64,000 bases of DNA, from NCBI GenBank assembly GCA_010093745.1, contig MU005979.1, positions 1-64,000 on the forward strand. The letters are read 5' to 3'. The notes under the pieces were generated by a model, which was given only the letters and a program-made list of their open reading frames with translations, searched no databases and was not told the DNA's origin. The DNA is from Piedraia hortae CBS 480.64 (Eukaryota). Both the position numbers and the translations under genes were made by a program. Of the stretch, positions 11,700-24,119 are shown one piece after another. How positions within the stretch are numbered: the first letter of the stretch is position 1; each line of letters opens with the position of its first letter.

Positions 11700-12190
11700 C
11701 TTGTTCCTCTGTCCAATAGGAACTTTCGACTGACGTCGTTGGCACAAAACCGGGTTAATGGAGCACCTGTCATGTTTCACACCAGCCACGTGCTTAACGT
11801 GATTGGGGTCCAACTTTGTGGCTATGTAGTTGCGAAACAGACAGGGCCGGAGCATTCCGTCAAGCAGAATCTGACCCTATAGGTTTCCTGATAGATGCGC
11901 TTTTTCTATCACAATCACAACGTAAGTAAGGCTTCATGATATCGCCCTTGGCTCTGACCGCGCGGGCCCGACCGCCAACGCCCACTTGTCTGCTTCAGCA
12001 ACCTTGTACCCCGAAAGCATGAGAATGTCTGGTTCACCAAAGTGTTGTAGCTCGGTCTGCACAGCATCTAGAGTAGCGAGACTGCGGAACGTGTTCTCCT
12101 GTTCCCAGCAATGTAAATAGTGATCGGCAGCTGCCATTAGTGTCTGCCCTGGAAACTCCTGCGTATCACCAGTAGCAGTAGCTACTTGTT
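11700..12190 (-). pseudogene. Possible highly decayed short-chain dehydrogenase/reductase relic
   Basis: Broken minus-strand frames give, in SDR order, ATATGD, QHFGEPDIL, NYIATK (YxxxK) and KHDRCSINP. Stops and frameshifts intervene. Confidence 0.25.
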
Positions 12191-12599
12191 AGCAATCATG
12201 CAATTCTAGCATTCAACACGAGACTGGCCTAAAAGTAGCCTTGCGGGTGGGCTTCTCCACGTTATCTTGCAAGAAACGAGATGGCTGCACAGCCGCGCGC
12301 GTCGGCGCTTATAGGCCTCGTCTATTGGAGTAACTGCTCTGCATGCAGCCAACATTAGCTTTGACAGCGCGCGTAGAGCAACAAAATAGAAATTCCTCAC
12401 GGATGATACGTGAGCAGCTCCAAACACTCACCGCCAGCGCGTGGTTGCATTGTTCTAGACCAATGCCCCCGGCTATATTGCTCTACTGTCCTTCTCAGCT
12501 GCTTCGCGGCTGAATGAGGCTAGCTGCCCAGTAGCTGCCCCAAGGCTGCGCTGCAATCTTGGGCTGTCTGCCCAAGCGCGTTGACTTTGTGGTGTAAAC

Positions 12600-14047
12600 A
12601 TGCCTACACTGGAGCCTTATAATCCACAAGAATGGAGTCAGCGCTCCCGACGGCCTTATCCACAAGCTGTATCGGGCACTGCTGCGAGCACGAGAGACTT
12701 GACCGGAATGGAGGGTAAGGGCTCATGTCCTTTTCAGCATAGCCCGGGGGAGGACCTGGCTGATAACCACCTGATAGATGTGCTGCCACCGCCAGCTCCA
12801 CCTTATAGTCCAAGGGACCAGTCCTCGACCCACGACGCGTCGCCTAGGGAAATGATTGACTGCTACAATCCACTTGATTCTCCACCAACTTTTTCCCAAG
12901 TTTCCTCGTTTCCGCCTCCCCAAGCTCAATATGACCGGAGAAGCCGGGATTTAACCCCCAGCACTAACCGACTGCTCCCGAATGGCCAAAGACAGCAACC
13001 GTCCAATTCACTTTCGATATCTGCCGCCCTGACTCCCACAGCTTCAAGGCGTGCTACTTCTATGGGACCTGCAGGTAAGTGTAGCCGAACCTCTGTTTAG
13101 CAATGTTGATATGACTTGTAGCATCACACATGTCGACTCTCAAGGACTGGCCCTCCAATGTACCTTTGCCCCCTCCTCCTCCAGGCCCGCCTCCAGCTGG
13201 TCCGCGGTCACGGAGCCTCAACCGATACAGCACCTCAGCAATCCATGACAGGCGTGATGCTGAAAACGTCCCGTCGAGGGGTGCAGCCGTCGCAACAAAC
13301 CTGGTTACCATACCACCAACACCAACCGATGAATCCCTCACGATGGATGAGGCATTGGGTGAAGACCAAGGGTTCGAATGGGATTTTCTACGGAACGACT
13401 CTGAGCCCGGATCACTCTATCGCAGAACCGCTCCACGTGAGGTCACCGGTGAGACGAATGACCGCAGGCCTCGAGGCCAGCGGGCCCAAAGCACGGATTG
13501 CGGACTTGATCGTGCAAGGGCATTGATGCCCGTGAGCTCCGGCTCAATCAGCCGCCGAAGAAGCAAGAACCGCGTCCTATCCGACCTCAGCACAACAGAC
13601 ACCAACGTCGAAGCAAGGCGTCCTTCACCAGGTCCCGCATCAACAGCCAACGTATTAACCCCTCCCTACACCCCAGCAAACGACTTCCACAACCTTTCAC
13701 AGAGACGCATGGCCCCAGATAGCGCGAGCAGCGAACGCTTCACATCGCAGATTGAAATGCCCTTGGTATCAGCAGGACCGATATCGGCGCTCGAATCGAC
13801 GAGACTGGACGCGTTCGCACTCCAGGCTATAAAGCGTCATCGAGCGTTCATAGAGAAAGAAGCCGCGGCGGCATCTGACGAGGAGCGGTTGAGGCTGTTT
13901 TCGAAATATATCGTCAATGAGTCGCGGCTGCGGCGTGATAGATATGCTTCGACTTATGCCGGTATGGCGGGCGAGATTGTGGATTTGATGAGGGATATGT
14001 GGCGGTCTTATCATGTTCGCGCTGATTGCAGTTGTAGCAAGTCGTAG
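12600..14047 (+). CDS. Pro/Ser-rich hypothetical protein, about 466 aa; intron 13075-13121; possibly C-terminally truncated
   Basis: A 47-nt GTAAGT..TAG intron joins ORFs 12600 and 13130 in frame. Ends shortly after a helical block (RHRAFIEKEAAAASDEERLRLFSKYIVNESRLRRDRY) that looks like a conserved fungal domain. Confidence 0.65.
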
Positions 14048-14272
14048 TTATTTTCAATTCATTTCTACTTTGTGGAGGGCGATTGAATAGTTGTTTGCCG
14101 TAGACCTTCCAGACCATGGCCGTCTAGCATGCTGTCTTCCGGGACATTCACGCTCGTCATACTACTGCTAAACGGCCAAACCTCGCTGCAGGGCCACCTC
14201 GTGCTCTCACTGCACATTAATTGCATTACAAAGAGTGCCTATATCATCCACTGTCATTACACAAGAATGCCT

Positions 14273-17200
14273 CTAGGCAAAGTAGCTCTTCCAGAGAACT
14301 CCCTCTAAATGTTCGAGTTGTTCTGCCGTGAATGACTGCTACATGTCAGTGCCTGATATCCTCATCCCAGTCTCTCAACTTACTTTAGAATCCACATGCC
14401 AAGTATCTTGCCTGGTTTTCTTGAAATCGCTGAGAATGGTTTTGACGCTCCTGCCGACCGTGCCGGGGTCGCTGGCGGCAAGGCTGACCAGCGTGGTGAG
14501 GGCTTCCGGAAGCCACACTGGCGGAGGTGATGTGTATGGAAACGCCTGCACGAGAGCACCCAATCCGAGAACGGCAGCATGTCGCGTAAGCATGAGTTTG
14601 TTGGTTTCCGGTGTTGGCGTGCTGGCGCCTGAGCTCTGTCTGATAGCCCCGTTGCGTTTGATTGGCCGTGGAAGGGGGTTTTGCACAAGGAGGTCGGTAC
14701 AGTACCCCTTGAGGTCCGAGATGATGGCATTTCGGACATCCGAAGAGGAACATTTTACCATTCCACTCAATGTGGCGGCTGCGCCTTGACGCACTTCGTG
14801 CTGCGTGTCATGCAGCATGCCACGCACGCAAGCAAAAAGCTCTTTAGCTTGGCTTTCCGACATGAGGAAAAGGTTCCGAAAGTACAAGACTTGAATGTTA
14901 ATCAGAACTCTTAGACGCTGGTGCCAGCTGCTGGACTCTTGCCCGATCTTGATGAGAGCGCTTGCAAATATTTCGCCTTCTTTGGGCCGATGAGGAACGT
15001 TTGGCAGGTGGCGGAAGACGTGATATGCGAGCGTCTGCAGCTCTGGATCCTCCTTGATATCCATCATGTACAAGAGTTGTTTCATAAACGAGCCTGGGAA
15101 GAACGGTACCAGAACTGTACAGTCGTATGCCGACAGAGCGCTGTCTAGCCATAGCAGAACCGTCTTGCTTGCCTGTGTGTAAGGCGTGGATGTCTGTGTT
15201 CCCGTCGGCCTTTCCAATCGCCATGTCTCCAGCCTCTCTAAGACGCTCTCAATGAGCTTTGAAAACTCAGGAGTCGCTGTGTATGGCTTGGTGCCCACGC
15301 TGGACGCATCTCTCTGAGAATTGAGCAAAGCCTGAACATCTCGATGGCTTTCATGATGGCGGGTGCGAAACATCAAAGCCAGAGTCGATCCCATCAATTC
15401 CCTGACGCCTTTGTATGGATGGTCCAGATGCGAGATGAAGTCGCTGATAATCGGCCGGTGGAGTTGGAAATGCCACCCATTCGTACCAATTACTATTTGT
15501 AACAAGGTGATCTTGGATCGCTCTTTGAACGCCGCATTGGTTTCCATATCCAACCGAAAGTTTGCCAACCAGCTAATGAGCGGCCACGACCGTCTTGGGT
15601 CTTTCCCACCCACGATAAACGTAACAAAAGCTGACCAATACGAGTGGTTGTCTGGTGTCAGATGGTCGTTGAAGATTCGCCGCAGGATGGGGAATGCAAA
15701 ATCCCACGATTGTTGCCGCAAGTCGAGTTCAAAGTCCTCAGATGTTGCAATCAGGGCTCCCAGCGTCTCTGACATGGCACGGTGCTGATGCTTGTCACTA
15801 CCATCTCCGTACACGGCCAGGGCAAGCTCTTTGAAGTCCTCAAAGGTTGCCACAGTCAGGCCTGCAGAAATAAGATCCAAGGCGTACGAAATGATTGTGA
15901 CATTCGTCATTCTAAAACGGTCCGAGGTACGATCCCGTGGTTCTTGTTTCATAAAGCCAAAGCGCTTCGACAGCCAGTCTCTGTCAATGTATGACCCCAT
16001 CTTCCTGCGCACCCGAGACTCCACGGGGTCAAACTCCAACGGGCTGGAGTCTGTGGTATAGCCTCGCATGGATTCCTGCCAGACTAACCACCCGGGGTGA
16101 TCGATGTCGATGAACGCGTCAGTTTCGGGGGTTTCAAAAGTGCGCAGGTAGCGCTGCGTCCACTCTGGATCGTCACGCTCCGTTGGGATTGTTTTCTCGT
16201 TCGGATCGTGCAGCTTGTTAAGCAAGTAGTTCTCGTAATTGTGCTCCACCAGCGCCCTGGTCTGTAATGTAGTATAGACGGCGTTGAGTGAAGTCGAGTA
16301 CATGGCGCGGAGTGCAGGGTGCGGGTCGACAACTCCCTTGGCGATGAGTTCAATCAAGCCGTCCGATGCCACATGTTCAAACCGATAGTCAAGTCCAATG
16401 GCCACAACGGCTGTGCGGCTGGCTTTTTTCCAATGTGACTGCTTTACTTCCTCGATCAGCTCAGCAGCCAGCTTGCTTTTCTGGCTTTCCACTGACGCCC
16501 GCTGTTTAGCAAGTTTGTCTTTCTTGGGCCCAACCAGGGCCAGGGCATCTTCCTTTGTCCGCGCGACCGATCTCTTGGAGTTATCTGGCGCTGAAGTCTC
16601 GCTGTCCCGAGGCCAGATATCGTCAAGCATGTTCTCGTTTATGATTACCAATTTCTGAACAGGCTTTGTCATGCTTTGGATTGTGTATCCTGTCTGATCC
16701 ACGATGTCCTGGATGCTAGGCCGATCCTCTTCTGTAACCTGGATGTACAGCCTAATCATACGCGGTGCTAGCTTCCAATTCTTGCCAATCGCCTTCGCGT
16801 TGGCGCCGTAAAGTAGCGAATAAAGCGCACCTTTGATACGAGGGTGGTCAACCGTTTTGATAGCATTTTCAAACGCATCTAGCAGGCAAGAGATTATCTG
16901 AGCCCGAACGCCCACCACACTCCGTAGTGCTGACTCAGCTGCGTGCTGGGCCTTGATTCTGATGTCGGTATACAACGAGGTGCACGAATGAGCCAAATCC
17001 AGCAAGAGCTTTTTGTCAAGCTCCGACGCAGCTCTTGGGTGTTCGTTGTACCGCAGGCGCTGAAAGTGGTACAGATAGGCACGCCTTACTAGAAGATGCC
17101 TTGGATATTGCTTCCTGGTCCCACTAAGCTTGAACGGATAACGATCAACATTCAGCAAAGTCGATAGGCGATCCAAAAAATCTGACGAACGCTCCAGCCC

Positions 17201-20200
17201 AATGTCGATGAACCAACTGAGGTAGGCATCACAGAGCGCGCTGAAACACGGCACATCATCCTCCTGGTGCTTCGTCAGGTACTCGTGCACATTGTGGAGC
17301 GTTTCACCCGCGTCCTTTCTGAGACGGTGGACGAGGTCATACTGAGGGCTCCCGATTTCCAGTGGATAGCCAGCGGGATATGTGACATAACGTCTGATCT
17401 TGTCGCCGTCCAAGTTCCCTAGTTCGGAGACGCCGTCCGTCTCCTCCTCTCCAAGCTTGTCCCCAGACTTTGACGAACAATCCTTTCCTTGGGCGGCTGA
17501 TTGTGGAGTTACGGTGCCGTCGTCGGAGCGGAACAGACGCGATGCCCCGGCGATGACAACCTTGAGAAGCAGCAAGCTGCGGCTCATCTCATCAGACCAT
17601 TCTTTTCCAACTCCATCGCGTGTAACTGCCGTCTTATCCGAGATAAGCTCATTCAGACGGCCCAGGCTGTGCTTCACCTGGGACTGGAATATCTCAATGG
17701 CAAAATCAAGCTCTTCCTTGGACGGAACGTGCCATTCAACATTCAAGCTTGCAGGATTTGTGGTCCTGCCCCAACTGTCGCACGTCAACCCGGCATCCAG
17801 TTCGAATTGTTCATACGCTTTGTAGTCGGTGGTATATGTCATGGTAAGATTCAGTAGCAGGTGATGTACAAAGTTGCTGACATGTTCGAGAGGAATTCCT
17901 TTGCAGTGCTTCTGCATAAAACCAATCAGGTCCAACAGCTCCGTCTTGAAGGCAAGAACTTCTTTTCCAACATGAACAACACACATGCTCAGAAGGCTGA
18001 TATGCCACACCAATGCCCTGTCTCTTGGCAAAACCTCGCTTCCTGTGGTCCTTGAGCTACCCGCTCCATTCTCGTTGATTTCGGTCCGAATGTTGGCCAT
18101 AAGATCGGGCAGTAGTCTCTGGAGAGCCTTTTCTGGTGAGATTTTGACCAGCGAGTTGCATATGAATGCCATGATGTCTTTTGCCTGGTGAACAATATGA
18201 TTAGAGACGAATTTGGCAATTTGTTCGAGAGCAATATCAAAGAGCTCTGGGCTCAGGCTGGCCAGAAACGGGCCGAGGGCTGCGGGTAACGTATTAGCCA
18301 CATTCTCTTCGGGAGAGCCGGTTCTGATTCGCGACGAATCGGGCAGGTTCTGCAGCAAGGTGAAGACGCGGCCGAGCAGACTGATGATGAATTCGGCAAA
18401 TCCGGCTGTGGAAGACTCCAAGATTGCCTCTTCCTCGCCCGGTGAGAGCTCAGACATGTAGTCAATCTCCAAATTTGGGCCGGCTTGCTCGAACCGCTCT
18501 ACTTGGGAAGTCACCCAGTCAGCGGCAAGCTGGGTACCTGCACCCGACGTTGGGGCTAGTTCGACATCATCCTCGTCGGAATCTGTTGTCTTCGGCATAT
18601 GCGTCTTGGTCAGATCAACCAGGGGAATGTTATAGCATACTAGTTGTATGAACATGAGGCTGTGGATGGTCTTGTCCAAATCATTCGCATCGATACCCGG
18701 CAAAGCTAGTCCCAGAAGAGTGGTCAAATGGCAACGGAAGCCTTTAGTCCTCGAGATGACTTTGCTGAGCAGTTGCAGCGCGCGAATGGAAGAAATAGTT
18801 CGGTGCACCTCCACGAGACCCTGCATGGCCGGATATATTCTTTGAAGTGCGCCCGGCAGGATGAGATTAGGTTCCAAATACGCTAGACAGTGCAGGGAAC
18901 TCAGCGAGTATTGCATCGCCGTGCCGCTTTTTGAATAGATGCCCATGAAGACCACATCCCGCAGACAGAGCACAAATCGTCGACGCAGACGCTCGTCGAG
19001 CCTCCTTTCTACGGGGACCTCGCAATCGCCCAGATGCTCACGGTTCCAGCGCATAACGAAGAGGTCCGTGAGGTAGAAGACCATTTGGGCCATTGGCCTG
19101 GTCCAGGCACCGTAGTTGGAAGGGTGGAAAAAGGTTTCGACGCCCTGTATCAAACATTCCAGCTGATGCATAACAGACTGCTTATCTGCGGCCTCAAAGC
19201 ACTTGGGAGTCAGACTCATTATGATCCACCTAGCTATGCTATGGCATACTGGGTGTTTCCGGGCATCACGCTCGACAAACAGAGCATTACCAGATGCTAG
19301 GTCGACCGATCCGCTATAGGGTGAGCTGGCTTGCCCAACTGGAATGTGGAGCAGGCGCAGAACCGCAGTGAAGATTAGCTGCGACTGCTCGACGGTGAAC
19401 AGACCGCAGGGGCCGACCTGCACCTGGTCCCCAGATAGGCAGTCCCGCGCTAGGCGAGAAAAGTAGTCAAGGAAACGCGTATCGACAAGACAGCTGCGGT
19501 TCACCATTGACCAAAGATGGAACAGCGTTGGCAGGTAGTACTGGGGCTGAATTTGGGCTTCGTCAGACGGCGGCGCCGTGGTGGGAAGCATCAGACTGAG
19601 CAGGCTGATGACAGCAAAAGCTTGCTCTGTAAAAGACATGCTGAAGTAGGGCAGGAGTTCATCTAATATCGCGGGGATCTCGCGAGGGCTGAAGAAGGGC
19701 TGGGCATATGCGCACAACTTGGTCAAGGTCCGCATGCTACGGCGGCCACCCATTGTGCCGCGCGTGCTCCGTTCGCTCGGCAGCGCAAGGAACTTGAACT
19801 CCTTATACAGAGGCCGCCAGTCCAGGATGAGGTCCTTGCCGGCGCGCAGGTAATGCCGGCGCTTGATGAGGGACATGAACATGCTGGAGAACTGCTCGCC
19901 ATGGCCAACGTCCAACCCCGGAGCCAAGGCGAGGTCGTAGTAGAGCTTGACGAGCGCCAGCCGGTGGACTTTGGTGAGGTCGAACTTCAGCGAAATCCAC
20001 CGGCGAATCTCTTTGGTCCAGTGTGAGGCCGACACGAAGTCGCCGGCCGCCACGTCAATGTACAGATGCTTGAGCATCTCGTCAACGTCAGCTTCCCGCT
20101 TCTCGCGCGTCTCGGTCTCATACGGCAGGTACTTGGTGTAGGGGAAAACGCGAGGTCGCGTCCGCCCCAGGCGGCCTATATCATCACGGCCGGCTACCGT

Positions 20201-20284
20201 CGCCATTAGGCCGGGCGATGTGGCGCGGGATTCTTCCATGCTCTCGCCGCTGGAGCCGTCGGTCCCGTTCTGCAACTCCATCAT
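14273..20284 (-). CDS. BLM10: Proteasome activator Blm10/PA200, about 1987 aa; intron 14336-14383
   Basis: Long HEAT-like protein with ETFFHPSNYGAW, LPGIDANDLDKT, HAAVLGLGALVQAFPY and FKKTRQDTW. The spliced last exon gives SFTAEQLEHLEGVLWKSYFA*, the typical Blm10 tail. Confidence 0.96.
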
Positions 20285-20404
20285 GACCGACTAGAAGGCT
20301 GATGGCTCTGAATGCTTACGCTACACATGCCGTGAGAGGTGGCAGTTGGATCTCGCCTTGCTACGTAAGACAGCCGTTTCCGCAACGTTCGGCTATCCCG
20401 GCGG

Positions 20405-20470
20405 GTCGGAACGCGAGTTGCAATGCAACGTCTGCTTTCTGGTGACTACTGTGATATATCGCGTTTGTCT
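20405..20470. promoter_or_regulatory. Two ACGCG (MCB-like) cores in the 270-bp BLM10/PSF3 divergent promoter
   Basis: AACGCGA at about 20410 and ATCGCGTTT at about 20458, upstream of a GINS subunit gene. Confidence 0.3.
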
Positions 20471-20554
20471 GTCGTTGTCGACTGACGTTTGTGACTTTTG
20501 TGACGTTCGTGATCAGCCACCGCCACAGTCATCTCCACCACCGTGACAGCTGCC

Positions 20555-21171
20555 ATGGCATACTACAGCCCGGATGCCATCCTTACCGACGCTCAAAAGG
20601 CGCCGTGCACCTTTACGCTAGCGGTGCCGCGTCTGGCTCCTCTCAATAGCGGCAGTGCTGTTGAGGCCGGCACCAAACTTGATATCCCATTATGGATGGC
20701 CGAGCTGCTGGCCGTGTCCAAGCCGTCCGGCCCGTCCGGGCAGTCGTTGGTCACGCTGGACATGCCGCCGGCGCTCGGTCAGCGCGTCATGAACGCTCTG
20801 CGTGCTGATCCGCGGAGCGTCGATCTCCGCGCTCAGGCATTCTACTTCTACGGCCTGTGTGAGCGCATGTTGGAGTTGTTTGACGAAGAGGACATGGTAG
20901 AGGTCTTGACCGATGTGAGCCTTCTTGTGTGTGTCTTTCAATGTCGTTGACGCGTTCCAGACTTTTAGGAAGCGCGCAATCCAGATAGCCGACAAGGCGC
21001 CCAAGACTCGCTCAGCTAACGAGAATTGGGGCCTCGATGGCTCCGAGCTGAAATGTACACCTCAACATACATTCTCATTTCACATGTGCTCATACTTTCC
21101 CAGTGTTCCGCGCTGCTCACGAAGGCTTTGCGGCAGTAGACGATTGGCTCAAAACCTGCGGCCAAAATTGA
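20555..21171 (+). CDS. PSF3: GINS complex subunit Psf3, about 173 aa; introns 20915-20960 and 21055-21103
   Basis: YYSPDAILTDAQKAPCTF, LDIPLWMAELL, NALRADPRSVDLR. Splicing gives TFRKRAIQIAD...ELKLFRAAHEG. Confidence 0.92.
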
Positions 21172-21254
21172 GCCCGCATACAGTAGACATGATTGACATG
21201 GAATGGATTGGACCACCTAGTTTGCCTATTACCGGCCTCGCTTCCACCCACATC

Positions 21255-22325
21255 TTAGATCTTGATCTCACGCTCCGCGCGCTCACGCTTTTTTCTCTCA
21301 CGGTCCTGGGCCTTAGCACCCATGATACCGCCACCCCAGTGCTTACGGTGTTCGTCGGCCTTCTCCATGTAGCCATCCTTGACAGTCTGCACAAGCTTGC
21401 TAAACTCGGTCTTGTCTTCGCCACGCACCTCGGTGATAGCCACCGCAGCAGCCGTCTATTAATGTCAGCGCAGTATTGGCAGATGCTGTGAATCCCAACT
21501 AACCTTTTTGTGAACAACCGTGCCCAAACGAGCCTTCCCCTTCACAATAGCATAAGGTACACCCATCTTGCGGCAGAGCGCCGGCAAGAATATGACGAGT
21601 TCAATGGGGTCCACGTCGTGCGCGATGAGGACGAGCGACGTCTTCTTTGCCTCGATGAGGGCCACGACATGGTTCAGGCCATACTTGACCATGTACGGCT
21701 TCTTGCTGACGTCTTCTTTCTTCTTTCCATCGGCAACGGCAGTAGCCTCCTTGTGCAAACGCTCTTTCTTCTCAGCCTTGGTTTCCGGGCGATATTTGTT
21801 GAGGAACTTGAACACCTGAGCGGCAGAATTACGGTCCAGTGTGTGGCTAAACTGCGCAATGGCGGGAGGAACCTTGAGACGCATCGACAAGATCTTGCGC
21901 TGGCGTTGGAGTCGCACATACTCGGGCCATTTTACAAAGCGCGAGAGATTGCGCTTAGGTTGGACATCCTGCCCAATGCCAAAGTTACGGGTACGGCGCT
22001 CGATGAGCGGGTTCTAAAGGTCTTGTCAATGCTGCAGAGTACACAACGGGGTAAATACTCACCTTGGATGCCTTCTTGGCACCGCCTGCCTTGGCCCCGG
22101 GAAATGGCGCAGGGGCCGCTTTCTTCGTTGTTTTAGGCGGCTGTCATTGAGAAGAACAGTCAGCATAACTGTTCGTTCTCTAAAGAGTCTGCAGCCCTTG
22201 CCGTGATAAGCGGAGGGTGCAGCTCAAGCCTTTGCCGACGGTCCGTAGACACGCCATGCGAATCGAGCGCTACCCTTGTCCTTTATGGAACAGGTCGCTC
22301 GGTCCGCTCAATATGTGCTTACCAT
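21255..22325 (-). CDS. RPL8: 60S ribosomal protein eL8 (L7a/L8), about 263 aa; introns 22141-22322, 22014-22062, 21456-21503
   Basis: ATG-only first exon; [61 protein letters not shown]. All three introns are GT-AG. Confidence 0.97.
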
Positions 22326-22419
22326 TTTTATGAACAATGAAGACGTGTGGTTGTTGTGGCAGGTAGGAATCTGGCGGGGAAATTCGAGGCACATCAGCTG
22401 TGGTTTCTTGGCAAAAACG

Positions 22420-22437
22420 GCTCGGGCCGGCCCGAGC
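22420..22437. repeat. Perfect 18-bp palindrome GCTCGGGCCGGCCCGAGC upstream of RPL8
   Basis: Reads identically on both strands; flanked by an A-run on the left and a T-run on the right. Confidence 0.85.
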
Positions 22438-24119
22438 TCTTTTATGCGATGACGAACGCCCTCGAGCACCGTCGGTTGTCATACGCCAAGGACTATTTGA
22501 GCACTGTCCACATTTGGAGGACGCAGAGGCCGCGTGTCGCCAGAAATATGGGCTCAAGTCTATCTTTTGTACCAGAACTTGCCTGGATTGTTGCTTGATT
22601 CTGCTCATGCGAGAATACTGCATGGCACGTTATTTCGTACATACCATACGCGAATTAAAGCTCCCGATAGGCTGACCAAAGGAATAAATATATCCTGATT
22701 TCATACCAACCTTTACATGCTTAATGTTGGTTTCGTAGTAATCAATCATGAAATTGTCAGGATCTCAGCCCCAGTTCCAGTAACGTGGCTTCGAACCTGC
22801 CAGCGGCGGAATTCTATAGTGGCAATCAGCAAAACTGTACAGCTACATTCACTGAGCTCTTAGCCAGCAGCACACGCAGCCGAGAGCACATCGTAGCAGC
22901 ATCATTCAAGAGCTTGGAAATGATGGCCATGGACAATCCTTTTCTCTACCGAATAGGCTGGTCAGAGCTTTCTCTATCACCAATTTTCGCAACGACGGTG
23001 GAAGGGGGTAAGAAGGAAAATAATGTCAGCGGACTGATACCTCTGATCCACACGACTTGACAGCAAGAAAGAATACAATGCAGATGCCTTTTGTTTAGTG
23101 CAATGCTACCAAAGCGAAAGGTTGCGCACTGTGCGCAATTCAACCATCCTCATGCGGATTGCCGATTGCAATTGTCATTGCAACGGCCAACAATATACCA
23201 ACTATATAACTCCCGCACGTGCTTCGGGGAAGCGTGTTCAAAGACATTGACGTCGGATACATTGATTTGAACGTTGGTGATACGGCCAACGCTACTAGAC
23301 ACCCTTACAGATGATGAATGGATTCGCACAATCACAATCACCGATCATGACACTCAAATAATTGATGCATGGGCCCGTGTGAGAAGCGCTGTTTTTGTCC
23401 TCATTTTCTGAACCAAGTGGTTGACAGTCGATGAAGTGCAAAGACAGACCGGGGGCTTCACCTATGCGTACGATGGCAATCTGCGGGTTGCAGCCATCGT
23501 CATTACCGTCACAGACGCAGATGCTCCTCTCTGGCTCGAACACATCCTTCCCAAGCATCGCCAACTTTCCAGGCAGGCTGGTTCTCGTGTCGAACTGTTC
23601 CAATCGAACAGCTTGCTTCTATGTAGACTGAAGCGCGTCATAATCTTTCGGTGGGGCATGTGGGATGACCTTACAGTGGGTGCGTCTCTTGATGTGGCCG
23701 GTGAAGAGCACTCGAGTACCGCTGGTGGTTGGTTGAATCTTAGAGGGGAAAATAGACAGAAGGCCGACTACGGTATTGCAAACCAACATGATCTACTATA
23801 AGATGTCGGGAAAGACAGGACACCTGGGTTCTTATCAGATGGCCCAAAGACTGTTAGTCCTCCGGATAGGAACCGCAAAGACAGCACCAAGTACACCAAA
23901 TGGCAGGAAAGTGAGGTCGATGGCGACGTCGCCAAATAGTACTGCCTGAAATTCTACAACGACAGCAGCGATGGCCGACCAAGAACGGAAAATCAAGGAC
24001 TCCGCCGAGGGGAGCGAGATCCAGTCGAGACAATCGTCAAGTTGCTGGAGGAGCTGGGCGGGCGGTGCCAACTGCTTTCTATGAAGCGTCGACACAAGCC
24101 ATGACGCGAAGGACAGCCC

